A stretch of DNA of 64,000 bases from Planktothrix sp. GU0601_MAG3 (lineage in GTDB: Bacteria > Cyanobacteriota > Cyanobacteriia > Cyanobacteriales > Microcoleaceae): contig CP136572.1 of the NCBI GenBank assembly GCA_035193785.1, positions 1,844,578-1,908,577 on the forward strand, read 5' to 3'. Of this stretch, positions 26,252-38,773 are shown in pieces (the stretch's first letter is position 1; every line of letters starts with the position of its first letter). A model generated the notes under the pieces. The model was given only the letters and a program-made list of their open reading frames with translations. It searched no databases and was not told the origin of the DNA. A program made the position numbers and the translations under genes.

Positions 26252-26767
26252 TTACTGCTTACTGGCTGCTTTAATCCCTTTTTCTACCAGGGGTGCAACC
26301 TGATCCACATCCTGCCAACCCAGAATTTCAGTGACTTTCCGTTCTAGGTTTTTGTAGGTTCGGAAAAATTCAGCAATTTCTTCTAGGCGATGATGGGGAA
26401 TATCTTTTAGAGATTTTACATCGGCGTAGCGGGGGTCGGCTGCGGGAACACAAAGAATTTTTTCATCTCGATCGCCACCATCGATCATTTCTAACATTCC
26501 AACGGGTCGGGCTGCAATCACACATCCGGGAAAGGTGGGTTGATCCATAATTACCAAACCATCTAAGGGGTCTCCGTCGTCCCCGAGGGTATTGGGAATG
26601 AAGCCATAATCAAAGGGATATTGGACGGAGGCAAACAGTACACGATCAAGGGCAAAGGCTTGTAACTCTTTATCGTATTCGTATTTGTTTTTGCTTCCGG
26701 CGGGAATCTCAATCAAAACGTTAATTAAACCCGGTTTGGGTTGGGGCGCAATCTTCGATAAATCCAC
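26252..26767 (-). CDS. ppa: Inorganic pyrophosphatase
   Basis: [15 protein letters not shown] and DGDPLD; GTG start after GGAG. Confidence 0.95.
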   Translation of the reverse strand: MDLSKIAPQPKPGLINVLIEIPAGSKNKYEYDKELQAFALDRVLFASVQYPFDYGFIPNTLGDDGDPLDGLVIMDQPTFPGCVIAARPVGMLEMIDGGDRDEKILCVPAADPRYADVKSLKDIPHHRLEEIAEFFRTYKNLERKVTEILGWQDVDQVAPLVEKGIKAASKQ

Positions 26768-26895
26768 GAATCGTTCTCCAAGCTTAGACAATCATTAACA
26801 TCGGGGAAAGCTCCCCTCTAACATTCTAAAGGGGATGGGGATTTCCTCCAAGGGGGTTGGGCTGTTTGTCACCGAGATCAATTCAGTATCCCCAT

Positions 26896-27537
26896 TTAAC
26901 CGACGCCGATTCCCCGACCATTTTGATTAAACTCTATCACCGTTTGCTCTGATAATTCATGGGTTGTCATAGCAGTTAAAATTTCTAAGGGTAAGGTTAA
27001 ATGATAGGCTCCCGCTTGTAGGGTGGCGGCGGCTTCCTGGGGGGATTTAATACTCGCGGCTAATATTTTAGTTGGACTTCCTGTTAATATCTGGTTCATC
27101 TCTTTAACTAATCCAATACCATCCCCTAATAATCGAGTTGCCCGATTTACATAGGCGATCGCATATTTTGCCCCCGCCTCCATCGCTACAGCAGCTTGGG
27201 CGGCACTATAAATCGCGGTAACAGAGCAGGGAATTTCAGGAGATAAATGGGCAACGGCTTGAAATCCTACGGAGGTCGCTGGAATTTTTAAAACTGTTTG
27301 TTCTCCCAGCAATTCAAAGGCTTTTTTTCCTTCTCTTACCATTCCCTGAAAATCCGATGCCATTAATTGATAATAGATTTCCCCGGAAATCAATTGTTTT
27401 AAATTTTTTAAGGTTTCTTCAGGAGATAATTCACTTTTAGCTAATAGGGTGGGATTAGTAGTAATTCCCTTCACCCATCCCCAATCTTTAACTATTTGTG
27501 CTTCCGAAATAATTGCTGAATCCAAATATAAAGCCAT
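26896..27537 (-). CDS. Transaldolase / fructose-6-phosphate aldolase family protein
   Basis: YLDSA, GITTNP, VLKIP and LAASIK. Confidence 0.85.
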   Translation of the reverse strand: MALYLDSAIISEAQIVKDWGWVKGITTNPTLLAKSELSPEETLKNLKQLISGEIYYQLMASDFQGMVREGKKAFELLGEQTVLKIPATSVGFQAVAHLSPEIPCSVTAIYSAAQAAVAMEAGAKYAIAYVNRATRLLGDGIGLVKEMNQILTGSPTKILAASIKSPQEAAATLQAGAYHLTLPLEILTAMTTHELSEQTVIEFNQNGRGIGVG

Positions 27538-27580
27538 AGATTTAATTCTTTTTAGGTGTTGGTTTGTACATTACTGCTAG

Positions 27581-27607
27581 AGAGACGCGCCATGGCACGT
27601 CTCTACA
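27581..27607. repeat. REP-like palindromic dispersed repeat
   Basis: AGAGACGCGCCATGGCACGTCTCTACA; 25 nt are identical to 48175-48199. Confidence 0.75.
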
Positions 27608-27609
27608 AT

Positions 27610-28267
27610 TTATGACATTCCTTCAAATGGCCCTAAAAATGTCGGTTTAGGGCGAATAATATGCAGTTCTAGGATAGCTTTAATTACGGCTAAAATTTCC
27701 CTTTGGGTATAGAATCTCATGGAATCATTTCGGAATTTTCCCCAGTCCGGCGTACCTAAACCCACGGAGTCTATGCCCAAGTTATTACAGGTATAAACCG
27801 CCCGAGGAAGATGATATTTTTGAGTAATTAAAACCGCCTTTTCTATGCCAAAAATTGCCTTAGCTCGATAACAACTTTCATAGGTACTAAATCCAGCATA
27901 ATCTAATTTAATATCTTTATTGGGAACTCCCAAACGTTCTGCATATTGCTGCATCGCCACCACTTCATTATATTCGAGAGTGCCATTATCCCCCGTCATT
28001 AATATTTTGTTAACTCGCCCCAAACGATATAATTCCACCGCCCCTTCCACTCGATCTGCTAACATCGGTGTTGGGGTTTCCGTCCGCCCAAACTCCCGCC
28101 CCAAACACAATAGCTACGGGTTCATTGGGGACGGTTTCCGGTTGTGTAAATCGACGATTATTCGTAACGGTTTTAATATAAATCGTTAACAAAAAAGGGA
28201 CTAATACTGTTCCCAAAACCATTAATAAACCTAGAAAACGCCAGTGCAAGACAAACCATTTAGGCAT
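27610..28267 (-). CDS. SanA/YdcF/ElyC (DUF218) family protein (frameshift at 28076)
   Basis: AIVFGAG, GDN...YNEV, DYAGFSTY and HLPRA. Confidence 0.85.
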
Positions 28268-28330
28268 AAGATTGAAGTTGACTGTGGTAGAGATAAAGTT
28301 TGGCTTAGGAATAGGGTATCAGCAAAGCGG

Positions 28331-28894
28331 TTATTTTGACCTCAACGGAGAACCCAATTGGGTCAAATTCAAAACATAACCCCCCGTCACCAGATAAACG
28401 GAGTTCGCTATCGCCCCCAAATGACGCACTAACCCCCCCAAGCGATCGCGAAAGGTTCTGCCCATGGGATAGGCGGGAACCACTCCCCATCCTGTTTCTT
28501 CGGCCACTAAGATGATAGTTCCTGGAAGTTTATCTAATATTTTTAATAATTGATTTTGCGTTGTTTCCCAGGTTATTTGATCTTGCTCTAACAAATTAGC
28601 TAACCAAGTTCCCAAGGAATCTACTAAAATACAAGTATTTTGACTCGATATTTTTTCTAAGGTTACGGTTAAGTCTATCGGAACTTCTAAAATTTCCCAG
28701 GAAATCGGACGACGTTCTTGATGTTTTTGAATCCTGATTTGCCATTCTTGATCCGTTGAATCTAGTTGAGAAGTCGCAATATAAATCACTTGTTTTTCCG
28801 ACTTTATGGCTAAGGTTTCCGCCCATTCACTTTTCCCAGAACGGGCTGGGCCAGTTACTACAATTAATTCAGAAGGAATAATTAAAGAATTCAT
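28331..28894 (-). CDS. cobU: Adenosylcobinamide kinase / phosphate guanylyltransferase
   Basis: GPARSGKS, RIQKHQERR, EETGWG and FRDRLG. Confidence 0.92.
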   Translation of the reverse strand: MNSLIIPSELIVVTGPARSGKSEWAETLAIKSEKQVIYIATSQLDSTDQEWQIRIQKHQERRPISWEILEVPIDLTVTLEKISSQNTCILVDSLGTWLANLLEQDQITWETTQNQLLKILDKLPGTIILVAEETGWGVVPAYPMGRTFRDRLGGLVRHLGAIANSVYLVTGGYVLNLTQLGSPLRSK

Positions 28895-30343
28895 TTAGGT
28901 TTTCCAAAATAGTTTTAATCTGGTACACAAACTCACAAATATTGCTATAATTAAAGTATAAGATAATCCTCGTAAAAATCCCAGGGTGGGCGTATTAGTT
29001 AGGGCTTCAATTTTAGAAGTCCAGCCGTTTAGTTCTAAAATTGGCCATAGTAAATTAGCAAAGGCAATATAACCGATCATCGGATTTTTACCATTATCAA
29101 TCAATAACTGAAACCAGAGTTTTTGCTGAAAATGGTCAATTAAAATAATTAAGATCATCAACAAAAAAATAGCGATCGCCGTGGTAATAAAAAAATAACT
29201 CATGGTGGCGGGATCTTTTTTTATTCCTCCTTGATAGGGTTCAAAAGCTAATCCTAAAATCAACCCATACATTCCCCATTGATACATTTGATATAATAAA
29301 AGTTCCAAGGGATGGTTAGGTTCGTTGATTAGGCGATAACCGAAAATCAATAAAATTAAACTAATTCCTGTGGTTTGGGGGAGTAAGCGAGATTGTAAAC
29401 CCAGGATTAAATTTAAAATCATGGCTATCATTAACAGGATAATTCCTATAAACCGAAATTGGTTCCAATTATTCGGAATATCCTGCTCATCAACCTGTTG
29501 ATAATTAATGATTTCTTCCCCAATAAAAGTTGCTGGAATTGCGATAAATAAATATTTTAAATATTCAAATTGATACAGCCAAGGAATCGGGGATATCGAT
29601 AAAATTTCCGTCATCCATCCCCCGGCGGATTTAGATAGAATTAAACCCAATAAAACCCCCAATAAGCCGATTCTAAATTGCGGATGATGGCGGGTGAATA
29701 ACCAAATAAAAGAAGTAAAAACAATAATATTAGTTAAGACCAATAAAATAATATCACTGCGATAGAAAGAAAATTGAGGAAATTTAGGATCATGGGGGTA
29801 TTGAATTTGAGTTAAAATTGCGATCGCCGCCCCCCAACCAATTAAATTCAAACCCAAATTAACCCATTTAGGAATAAACCTCGGTAATTGCACAAACATT
29901 AAAAATAATACTCCAAATCCGATTAAGGCGAGTTGCCATTTTTCGGAATTAGGTTCGGGGTTAATAACTGTAGGTCTAAAATGTTGTAAAACTATCGCGA
30001 AAGTTGCTAATAAAAATCCCCTTTTTAAAATAGCTAAACTAATATCAATATTTTTCCATCCTTGAGATAACCGCCGAGATAAGGCTAGGGGAATCGCTAT
30101 TCCTAAAGAAAATAGAAAAATAGGGAAGACTAAATCCACCCAAGTTAATCCAGATAATTTAGGATTAAATTGATGGTTAGGGGGTGGAAATTGGGCGTGA
30201 TACATCCAAGGAGGCAAGGTTCCATCAAAGGGAATTACACCGGATAAAACCATGGCTAAAACCGCTAGTCCTCGCAGGGCATCTAACGCATCTAATCGTT
30301 TAATATTTGAGCGATATTGATAGAATAATTTCATTATTGTCAA
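28895..30343 (-). CDS. Multi-TM acyltransferase-like protein (DUF5009/HGSNAT-like)
   Basis: RLDALDALRG, TWVDLVFPIFLF and IKK...SY; many TM segments. Confidence 0.7.
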   Translation of the reverse strand: MTIMKLFYQYRSNIKRLDALDALRGLAVLAMVLSGVIPFDGTLPPWMYHAQFPPPNHQFNPKLSGLTWVDLVFPIFLFSLGIAIPLALSRRLSQGWKNIDISLAILKRGFLLATFAIVLQHFRPTVINPEPNSEKWQLALIGFGVLFLMFVQLPRFIPKWVNLGLNLIGWGAAIAILTQIQYPHDPKFPQFSFYRSDIILLVLTNIIVFTSFIWLFTRHHPQFRIGLLGVLLGLILSKSAGGWMTEILSISPIPWLYQFEYLKYLFIAIPATFIGEEIINYQQVDEQDIPNNWNQFRFIGIILLMIAMILNLILGLQSRLLPQTTGISLILLIFGYRLINEPNHPLELLLYQMYQWGMYGLILGLAFEPYQGGIKKDPATMSYFFITTAIAIFLLMILIILIDHFQQKLWFQLLIDNGKNPMIGYIAFANLLWPILELNGWTSKIEALTNTPTLGFLRGLSYTLIIAIFVSLCTRLKLFWKT

Positions 30344-30443
30344 CCTTATATGGCAATCCTAAATTAGTTATAATATTTTATCGTAAGGGTTTAAATACTA
30401 AACCCTTACGGGGTTTTCATAAATTATTTAGAATTGCTATAAA

Positions 30444-30833
30444 TCAACCTCCACCTGCTGCAATACCAAAGACAATAATCATAATTAAAGAAATTGCCAT
30501 AAAGATTACAGCCATCAAAAATAGCCAATATTGCAGAGTATAAAGTTTCCGCAATTGTCCCAAAGCACCCATCAAATTTTCAATATCATGTCCTTGGGTA
30601 TCAACAATTAATTGAAACGCTTTTGCAGCATTAATTGTCCAAATTCCAGTTACTAATAAAATAACTCCTTGTACCAGTCCGCCAAATCCTCCATTTAGTA
30701 GCATAATGATTCCACTAATTGCCCCTAACACCCCACTCGCAATTAGAAAGTAACTCACAAACATCATTTTTTTAGACAAATCCAAAATCAGTTGATTCTG
30801 AGATTCATTAAACTCATAGGTTCCATTTTCCAT
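30444..30833 (-). CDS. Hypothetical membrane protein
   Basis: 129-aa ORF with about three hydrophobic helices. Confidence 0.65.
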   Translation of the reverse strand: MENGTYEFNESQNQLILDLSKKMMFVSYFLIASGVLGAISGIIMLLNGGFGGLVQGVILLVTGIWTINAAKAFQLIVDTQGHDIENLMGALGQLRKLYTLQYWLFLMAVIFMAISLIMIIVFGIAAGGG

Positions 30834-31025
30834 AGTTTCCCCTGAAAAAAAGTTAAGTTAATTACAGTTTAATTTTACTCCTATTTTCTCAAATGGCAAT
30901 CATGCAGTTAAAAAAATCTTGTCAATTCTGCTGTTTGTGATAGAATTTGGGCAAATGCTCAACCCATTGATAACCCCAGGGTTAGAAAGGATTGAGCCGA
31001 AATACTAAAAAATGGAGTGAGGATA

Positions 31026-31803
31026 ATGAATTTTAAAACCTTAGCATTGTCTGTTATTCTATCTACATTGGGATTGGCAACCGTCGCTCAAGCAGAAAAT
31101 GAATCGGATTTGCAACAATTAAGAACTACAAATCGTTGTCCAGAATGTGATTTAAGAGGCGCAAATCTGCAACAATTTGATTTGCGGGGGGCTAATTTAT
31201 TTAAAGCTAAACTGCAAGGAGCAGATTTAAGAGGCGTTGATCTTCGCAGTGCTAATCTGAATCAAGCTAATTTATATAATGCCGATTTAACTCAAGCTAA
31301 TTTAGCATCGGCTAACCTATTTGGCGCCAATTTAAGGAATAGTATATTAGAAACGGGTAGATTTCCGAGAAGCGGATCTTTCCCAAGCTGATTTAGCTCA
31401 AGCAAATTTAATCAAAGCGAATTTAAAAGATGCTAGTTTAGTCGGTACAAACTTTAGCCAATCCTATCTCAACCAAGCCAATTTAGAAAATGCTGATTTG
31501 CGTAAGGCATTTTTATTTGAAACGGATTTAGAAGCCGCAAATCTCACCCGTGCTAATTTATTGGGTGCGGATTTACGCAGAGCTAATCTGGATCGGACTA
31601 TTTTAGATAATGCTAATTTAACCGCTACAATTTTAGCTGATACTAACATTGATCGGGCTAAATTATCTCAAACAACCCTGCGAGGAAACCTGCTCCAAGG
31701 CACGGATTTATCCCCGGTTGTTTGTGTAATTACTAATGTTGTTAATTGTGTGGTTGCACCTAATTTAGAACAGGTTGAAAGTCCAGAATTTCCGTTAAAT
31801 TAA
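31026..31803 (+). CDS. Exported pentapeptide-repeat protein (frameshift at 31350)
   Basis: Signal peptide, CPECDL and A(N/D)Lxx repeats. Confidence 0.85.
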
Positions 31804-31828
31804 TGTTGGTTATATGATCTAAAAAATC

Positions 31829-31887
31829 TGGGGCGGGTTGACAAAACTGATCTATAGGAATCAAAAATTGTGACGGAAACCGCCCCG
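31829..31887. repeat. REP-like inverted pair GGGGCGGGTT...AACCGCCCC
   Basis: Same family as the repeats at 51147-51433; lies between convergent genes. Confidence 0.55.
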
Positions 31888-31897
31888 ACAATTAATA

Positions 31898-32528
31898 TTA
31901 TGGTGCAGTTTTACTTAACATTTCTTGCAGTTGTAGGACAGCTTTATTATTCCCCTGTTGCGTATATAATTCTAAGGCTTTTTTCCAAGCATTCGTAGCT
32001 TCGGTGGTATTGCCTTTTTTCCATAAAGATTCCCCTAAATTTTTTAAGGCGTCCGCATAGTCAGGATTAATTTCTAAGGCTTTTTGATATTGGGCGATCG
32101 CCTCATCCCATTGTCCTTGACTGGCGTGTAAAAATCCCAAAGCATTATAAGCCAGCCCATATTGAGGATTTAAACTAATAGCTTCTTGATAGGCTTGAGT
32201 GGCTTCTTCAATTTTTCGTTGATAAAATAAAGAATTTCCTAAATAAAAATGATATTTAGCTTCTTTGGGTTGATTTTCTACCAAATTACGAAAAATTGTT
32301 TCAGAGGCGGCATAATTTCGAGCTTGATAGAGTTGAATTCCTTGACGAAACTACTGCTTGTCGAGATTCTTTCTTATCTAACTTTTGTTGTTCCGCTTCG
32401 CTGGGTTTACCCCGCAACTCACTGGGACTGGGTAAATCATTTTGAGCTTGTACTTTCGACGATAATACAATAATTATTCCTAAAATTATTGTTGTTACCT
32501 GAGTTAAATTAAACTGTTTAGTTTTCAT
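31898..32528 (-). CDS. TPR-repeat protein with signal peptide (frameshift at 32347)
   Basis: AYNALG..A..G..DEAIA.Y.KALEINP repeats. Confidence 0.85.
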
Positions 32529-32565
32529 CTTTGTAATTGTAATCTGATGTTAAAATTTTTCTTCA

Positions 32566-32601
32566 CAATATTCCGACGGGTTGTTATCTATCGGAATATT
32601 G
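32566..32601. terminator. Hairpin downstream of purH
   Basis: CAATATTCCGA...TCGGAATATTG, an 11-bp stem. Confidence 0.5.
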
Positions 32602-32613
32602 ATCATATTTTAA

Positions 32614-34162
32614 TTAATGCAGAAAATGACGAATACCCGTGAATACCATAACTAATCCTAACTCATTGGCTGCCTTAATTGAATCTTGATCTCGCATACT
32701 TCCCCCCGGTTGCACGATAGCGGAAATTCCCGCCGCCGCCGCCGTGCGAACTGAATCATCAAAGGGGAAAAAGGCATCACTTCCTAAAACCCCGCCTTGA
32801 GCGTTTTCTCCGGCTTGTTTCAGGGCAATTTCTACCGACCCCACCCGATTCATTTGTCCCGCCCCAACCCCTAATGTAGTCTGATTTTTAGTCACAACAA
32901 TAGCATTAGATTTAACGTGCTTAACCACTTTCCAGGCAAACATTAATTCCTCTAATTCTTCGGGGGTGGGTTGCTTTTCTGTGACTACTTTCCAGTCCGT
33001 AGATTGTTCTACAATATCATCGGCGGTTTGAACTAAAAAACCACCCGCAATTAGTTTAATTGTTTCCTTTGAACCTTGGGTTAAATCGGGTAAAATTAAT
33101 ACCCGCAGGTTGGATTTTTTCTTGAGAATTTGCGCTGCTTCCGGCTCGCAACTAGGGGCAACAATACACTCTAAAAAGGTTTTACTTAAAGCCGTTGCTG
33201 TCTCTTGATCAATAGTTCGATTTAATGCTACAATTCCCCCAAAAGCCGAGGTTGAATCAGCATTAAAGGCTTTTTCATAAGCTGTAGATAGGCTATTGGC
33301 AACGGCAACACCGCAGGGATTTGTATGTTTTAAAATGGCGGCGGCGGGTTGATCGGGAAACTCACAAATAATCCGTCTGGCGGCTTCTAAATCCACTAAA
33401 TTATTATAACTTAAGGGTTTACCTTGTACAATCTGACCCGATGCCCACCCGGTGGGTTGGGTTTCCGGTTTGATACCAAGCCGCGGGTTGATGGGGATTT
33501 TCGCCATATCTTAAGGATTGAATTTGAGTTCCTGCTAAGACAAAACTTTGGGGTAAGGGAGACTCAGAATTGAGTTCTTGTTGTTCTAAATAGGCTGCGA
33601 TCGCGCTATCATAAGCTCCTGTATGTTGAAAGGCTTTTAAGGCAGAATGTTGCCGAAATTCTAAGGAAATTTCTCCGTTTTTTTGCTTAAATTCTTCTAA
33701 ATAAGATCCATATTGTTCGGGATTACATAATACAGTTAAATGGGCATAATTTTTAGCCGATGCGCGTAATAAAGTTGGGCCGCCAATATCAATATTTTCA
33801 ATCGCGTCTGCTAAACTTACATCCGGTTTAGCAATAGTTTGTTCAAAGGGATAAAGATTAACCACGACTAAATCAATCGGACGAATATTATGGGTTTCTA
33901 ATTCACTTACATCTTGAGGAACATCTCGACGGGCTAAAATTCCCCCATGAATGCGAGGATGGAGGGTTTTAACTCGTCCGCCTAAAATCTCAGGAAATCC
34001 CGTATAATCAGAGACTTTGGTAACAGCAAGTCCGGCCGTTTTTAAAGCTGTTGCTGTCCCCCCACTACTAATTAAATCGAAACCCAATTCTTCAACTAGG
34101 ATTTTGGCAAACTCAATCAGTCCTCGTTTATCCGATACACTCAATAAAGCTAAACGCGCCAT
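32614..34162 (-). CDS. purH: Bifunctional AICAR transformylase / IMP cyclohydrolase (frameshift at 33461)
   Basis: ALLSVSDK, GRVKTLHP, IDIGG, YGENPHQ and SDAFFPF. Confidence 0.95.
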
Positions 34163-34370
34163 GGGGTAAAACTCCGAATTCAAAAACAACAGTCTACCAT
34201 TGTTGCACCTACTGGCTCAATTTCTGTTACCACCCATTGTAGCGACCTGAAAAACTCGGTTTGTAGATTGTGGATATTTTGGTCAGTGGAATCCGCTAGA
34301 ATAGGATCAAGAAACCTAAAAACACGCTCAAAAATCCCTATATTCTAGCTTTTAATAGGCAAAAGTAAAA

Positions 34371-34739
34371 ATGACTACAGTGATGATTGTCGATGATAGC
34401 AACGCTCTCCGAGAGATAATTGCTAAGATGTTGCGAGACAGTGGGATGGAGGTGATCTCAGCCGAAGATGGAGTTCAAGCCTTAGAAAAAATTGAACAGG
34501 TCACACAACTGGATTTAGTGGTATTAGATATTGTTATGCCCAATATGAACGGCTATGAGTTGTGTCGCCATATTAAAAAAAATCCCAAAACCAAGAATAT
34601 TCCCGTAGTTATGTGTTCTAGCAAAAGTGAGGACTTTGATCGCATCTGGGGAATCAGACAAGGTGCTGATGCCTATATTTCCAAACCTTTCCGTCCCGAA
34701 GAACTGTTGAGCACAATAAAACAACTCCTACCGAGGTAG
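34371..34739 (+). CDS. Single-domain CheY/PilH-like response regulator
   Basis: IVDD, LDIVMP and KP. Confidence 0.88.
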   Translation: MTTVMIVDDSNALREIIAKMLRDSGMEVISAEDGVQALEKIEQVTQLDLVVLDIVMPNMNGYELCRHIKKNPKTKNIPVVMCSSKSEDFDRIWGIRQGADAYISKPFRPEELLSTIKQLLPR

Positions 34740-34741
34740 GA

Positions 34742-34905
34742 ATCAGTTATCAGTTATTGGTTATCGGGGGAATTATTCGGATTTAGGTGATCAACTTATA
34801 TCTAAAATAACCCACCCGCATCAGTTAAAGAGTTATCAGTTGAGGAGTTAATAAATTAACTGTAAACCTCTTAACTGATAACTGTTAACTGTTAACTGAT
34901 GACTG
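34742..34905. repeat. STRR-type heptamers (TTATCAG / CTGATAA) in opposite orientations
   Basis: atcagttatcagttattggttatcg ... ttaactgataactgttaactgttaactgatgactg. Confidence 0.65.
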
Positions 34906-34922
34906 AATAGTAGTCCCGCAGA

Positions 34923-36330
34923 TTATTCTTCCTCGGTACTATCAATTTGATCATCATCTTCATCATCTTGATCATATTCATCGTCTTCATCGTCTTCTTC
35001 TGGGGTTAAAGTCCCTTCAGGAAACTAACTCAATAGTTGAGTTTTCTTCCAGCCAGGTGAAGGTTTTTTGTTGAACTAAATCTTCCGTAACAAAGGCGAG
35101 TAACCTTTGAGGATCGACATCTTGACCCTTGAGTTCGGCGAGAACTTTGGTAGATTCAGCTTTAATTTCTTCCTCAGTGACGGTCAAGGATTCGAGTTTA
35201 GCGACTTCCTTCAGGGCTAAAGAACGTTTCAAAGCGTCAATCGCCTCTGGACGGGCTTGTTCCCGTAGCCGAGGTACCATTTCCCCCGTGAATAACCGTT
35301 TAACATCTAACCCCATTTTGCTCAACTGCATCACCTGTTCGGTAATCAGTCGGTCAACTTCCTGACGAATCAAGGTTTCCGGTAAATCGACTTCAATGGT
35401 TTCCGCTAAAGCCTCCACTAACGCTTTGCGTTGATTGGCCTTAGTTTGTTCGTCCTTTTCCCCTTGAAACCGCTTTTCCAAAGATTCCCGAAGTTCAGCT
35501 AAAGTAGGAAACTCGCTCACTTCTTCGGCAAAATCATCATCTAAATCAGGAAGTTCTTTTTCCTTAATTTCATTGACGGTAATGGTAAAAGTGGCATCCT
35601 TCCCAGCAACATCCTTATCCCCATATTCATCGGGAAACCTCAGATTTAAGGTTTTAGTTTCTCCAGAATTCATGCCCACAATGCCATCAACAAAACCAGG
35701 GATGAACCGACCTTCCTCTAAATCCACTTGAAAATTATCACCCTTAGCACCCGGAATTTCTTCCGGTTCGCCCGTTTCCGACTCTTGGGTAAAATGCCCG
35801 ATAAAATCAACAAACGCCACATCCCCTAATTGGGCGGGTCTAGCTTCAACCGGAATTAAGGTAGCTCTTTTTTCCTGTTCCTGTTTTAATACCTGTTCTA
35901 CCTGTTCAGGGTCAAACTTAACTTCTTCGGCTTGGACAGTTAAGCCCTTATATTGACCGAGTTTCACTTCGGGTTCCACATCCACAACCACTTTAATCGT
36001 CAGGGTTTGTCCGGGTTCAAATTGCTGAATCAGTTGATCAATATCGTCTTGAGGCTCAAAGTTGCCAATCGCCGGAATCTTTTCCTGTTCGACAGCTTTG
36101 GGTAAATACTGGTTCATTAAATCATCCAACGCAGCCGCCTTAATTCGTTCCTGACCCAAGCGCTGAACCAAAACGTGGCGAGGCACTTTGCCTTTGCGGA
36201 ACCCAGGAATATTCACCGAGCGACTCATCTTCTGAACAACTTGCTCATAAGCACTTTTAGACATTTCAGGAGTAATCTCAATGTCTAATCCAATTTGACT
36301 TGCGGGAAGTTTTTCCTGGGTTACTTTCAT
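34923..36330 (-). CDS. tig: Trigger factor (frameshift at 35021; acidic tail)
   Basis: IPGFRKGKVP ribosome-binding motif and FKBP-like domain. Confidence 0.95.
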
Positions 36331-36648
36331 AAAAATCGTGATATTCTGAATTCAACACCCCCAACACATTTAACTCGCGGGGGAACCATAATCACCGGAT
36401 TAGCAAGGTAAAATTGCTAATGTCGGATTGTGTACTCAAATAGTTATCGTAACTGATTATGCGCCCTCGTGTAACTGTTTGTTAGATTCTGTTTTATTTT
36501 GGTCAGAATCGGAACGGCCAAACTATAATGGATGGGGGAGATTAAGCCCCCACCCAAAAGATTAATAATAATTAACTCAACAGTTTTACGCGCTATAAAA
36601 ATTTAGATTTATTAAAATTGCTGTTTTCTGATTACGGAGGTTACAATC

Positions 36649-37677
36649 TTGTCAAATTCTTATCGAGTTGCCATTCTGGGGGCAACGGGTGCGGTCGGGG
36701 CTGAGTTGATCGAACTGCTGGAAAGTCGCAATTTTCCAGTGGGGGAATTAAAATTATTGGCCTCTCCTCGTTCGGCGGGAACCTCCTTAACCTTTAGGGG
36801 GGAAACCTTACCCGTTGAGGCGGTGTCGGATACCAGCTTCGACCACGTTGATATTGTGTTGGCATCAGCCGGAGGCTCAACCTCTAAGGTCTGGGCCTCA
36901 AAGATCGTGGCAGCCGGGGCCGTGATGGTCGATAACTCCAGTGCCTTCCGCATGAACTCCGATGTGCCCTTAGTCGTCCCGGAGGTCAACCCAGAGGCCC
37001 TTAACAATCATAAGGGGATTATTGCTAACCCCAACTGCACCACGATTTTAATGGCGGTGGCGGTTTGGCCATTATATCAGGCACAACCGATCCGGCGAAT
37101 TGTGGTGGCGACTTATCAATCAGCTAGTGGGGCTGGGGCTAGGGCAATGGAGGAAATGAAGCAACAGGCTTTGGCCATTTTGCAAGGAGAAACACCGAAA
37201 ACGGAAATTTTTCCCTATCCCTTGGCGTTTAATCTTTTCCCGCACAACACACCGATTAATGAATCGGGTTATTGCGAAGAAGAAATGAAAATGATTCATG
37301 AAACCCGCAAAATTTTTGGGGTAAATGATCTAAGGATTTCAGCAACTTGCGTAAGGGTTCCCGTGTTGCGTGCCCATTCGGAAGCGGTTAACTTAGAATT
37401 CGAGCAACCCTTTGGCGTGGAAAAGGCGCGGGATATCCTGAGCAATGCCCCCGGGGTGGAACTGGTGGATGATCCAAAGGCCAACTATTTCCCCATGCCC
37501 ATTGATGCCAGTGGACGTGATCCGGTGTTAGTGGGTCGAATTCGTCAGGATTTATCCCATCCCTGCGGATTAGAATTATGGCTCTGTGGAGATCAAATTC
37601 GCAAGGGTGCCGCCTTAAACGCGGTGCAAATTGCTGAATTGTTAGTGGAAAAACAACTTTTAGGTTTACGGCGTTAA
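36649..37677 (+). CDS. asd: Aspartate-semialdehyde dehydrogenase
   Basis: GATGAVG, NPNCTT, YQSASGAG and KGAALN. Confidence 0.95.
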   Translation: MSNSYRVAILGATGAVGAELIELLESRNFPVGELKLLASPRSAGTSLTFRGETLPVEAVSDTSFDHVDIVLASAGGSTSKVWASKIVAAGAVMVDNSSAFRMNSDVPLVVPEVNPEALNNHKGIIANPNCTTILMAVAVWPLYQAQPIRRIVVATYQSASGAGARAMEEMKQQALAILQGETPKTEIFPYPLAFNLFPHNTPINESGYCEEEMKMIHETRKIFGVNDLRISATCVRVPVLRAHSEAVNLEFEQPFGVEKARDILSNAPGVELVDDPKANYFPMPIDASGRDPVLVGRIRQDLSHPCGLELWLCGDQIRKGAALNAVQIAELLVEKQLLGLRR

Positions 37678-37729
37678 GGTTTTAACCATGACAAACGCAG
37701 GAAACACCGATAACTGATATTAAAGACAA

Positions 37730-38617
37730 ATGGTAAGTTTTGGACGAGTTATAACGGCTATGGTAACGCCGTTTCACGAAGACGGTAGTGTGAATTATGC
37801 AGTGGCGGAAAAGTTGGCGGCTCATTTGGTGAGTACCGGAAGTGATGCCTTGGTGGTGTGCGGAACGACGGGGGAATCCCCGACCTTGACTTGGGATGAG
37901 GAATACGAGTTATTCCAAGTCGTGCAGAGGGCGGTGTCAGGAACGGCGAAGGTAATCGCCGGAACGGGATCGAACTGCACCCAAGAGGCGATCGATGCCA
38001 CCCAAAAGGCAGCTAAACTGGGATTAGACGGCACATTACAGGTTGTCCCCTATTACAATAAACCGCCCCAGGAGGGTTTGTATCGACATTTCCAAGCGAT
38101 CGCCCAGGCCTGCCCCGATTTACCGATTATGCTCTACAATGTTCCTGGACGCACAGGACAAAATCTCCTCCCAGAAACGGTAGCGCGTTTGGCGGAGATT
38201 GAGAGCATTGTGGCGATTAAGGAAGCCAGTGGCAATTTAGATCAAGTCAGCCAAGTTCGACGGTTGACACCCTCCGAATTTTCGATCTACTCTGGAGATG
38301 ATTCTCTGACCTTGCCCATGTTAGCCGTTGGCAGTTCCGGGGTGGTCAGCGTCGCCAGTCATCTAGTGGGAACGCAACTCCAACAGATGATTCAAGCCTT
38401 TGCAGCGGGTCAAATACAGGTAGCAACCGACATCCATATCCGGTTATTGGAGTTGTTTAAAGTCTTGTTTGTTACCACAAACCCCATTCCGTTGAAAGTG
38501 GCACTTAACTTGCTAGGCTGGAATGTGGGATCGACCCGTTTGCCTTTGTGTGACCCAACGGTTGAAGTGACAAACGCATTGAAGGACGTGCTGAGTCAGT
38601 TAAATCTAGTTAAGTAG
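37730..38617 (+). CDS. dapA: 4-hydroxy-tetrahydrodipicolinate synthase
   Basis: GTTGE, YNVPGRT and IKEASG. Confidence 0.95.
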   Translation: MVSFGRVITAMVTPFHEDGSVNYAVAEKLAAHLVSTGSDALVVCGTTGESPTLTWDEEYELFQVVQRAVSGTAKVIAGTGSNCTQEAIDATQKAAKLGLDGTLQVVPYYNKPPQEGLYRHFQAIAQACPDLPIMLYNVPGRTGQNLLPETVARLAEIESIVAIKEASGNLDQVSQVRRLTPSEFSIYSGDDSLTLPMLAVGSSGVVSVASHLVGTQLQQMIQAFAAGQIQVATDIHIRLLELFKVLFVTTNPIPLKVALNLLGWNVGSTRLPLCDPTVEVTNALKDVLSQLNLVK

Positions 38618-38773
38618 GATTTCGGCAGACTTTTCTAGGCTTTGTAAAAACTAAATATCCACTTCTGATTGACAGAATTTTCAAAATGATTGGGATAATT
38701 CTGGAAATTCTATCAATTCTTAAATTTTGCCTTGATTATTTCAATTGTCAACCCCTAACAAAAAAGGATCAGC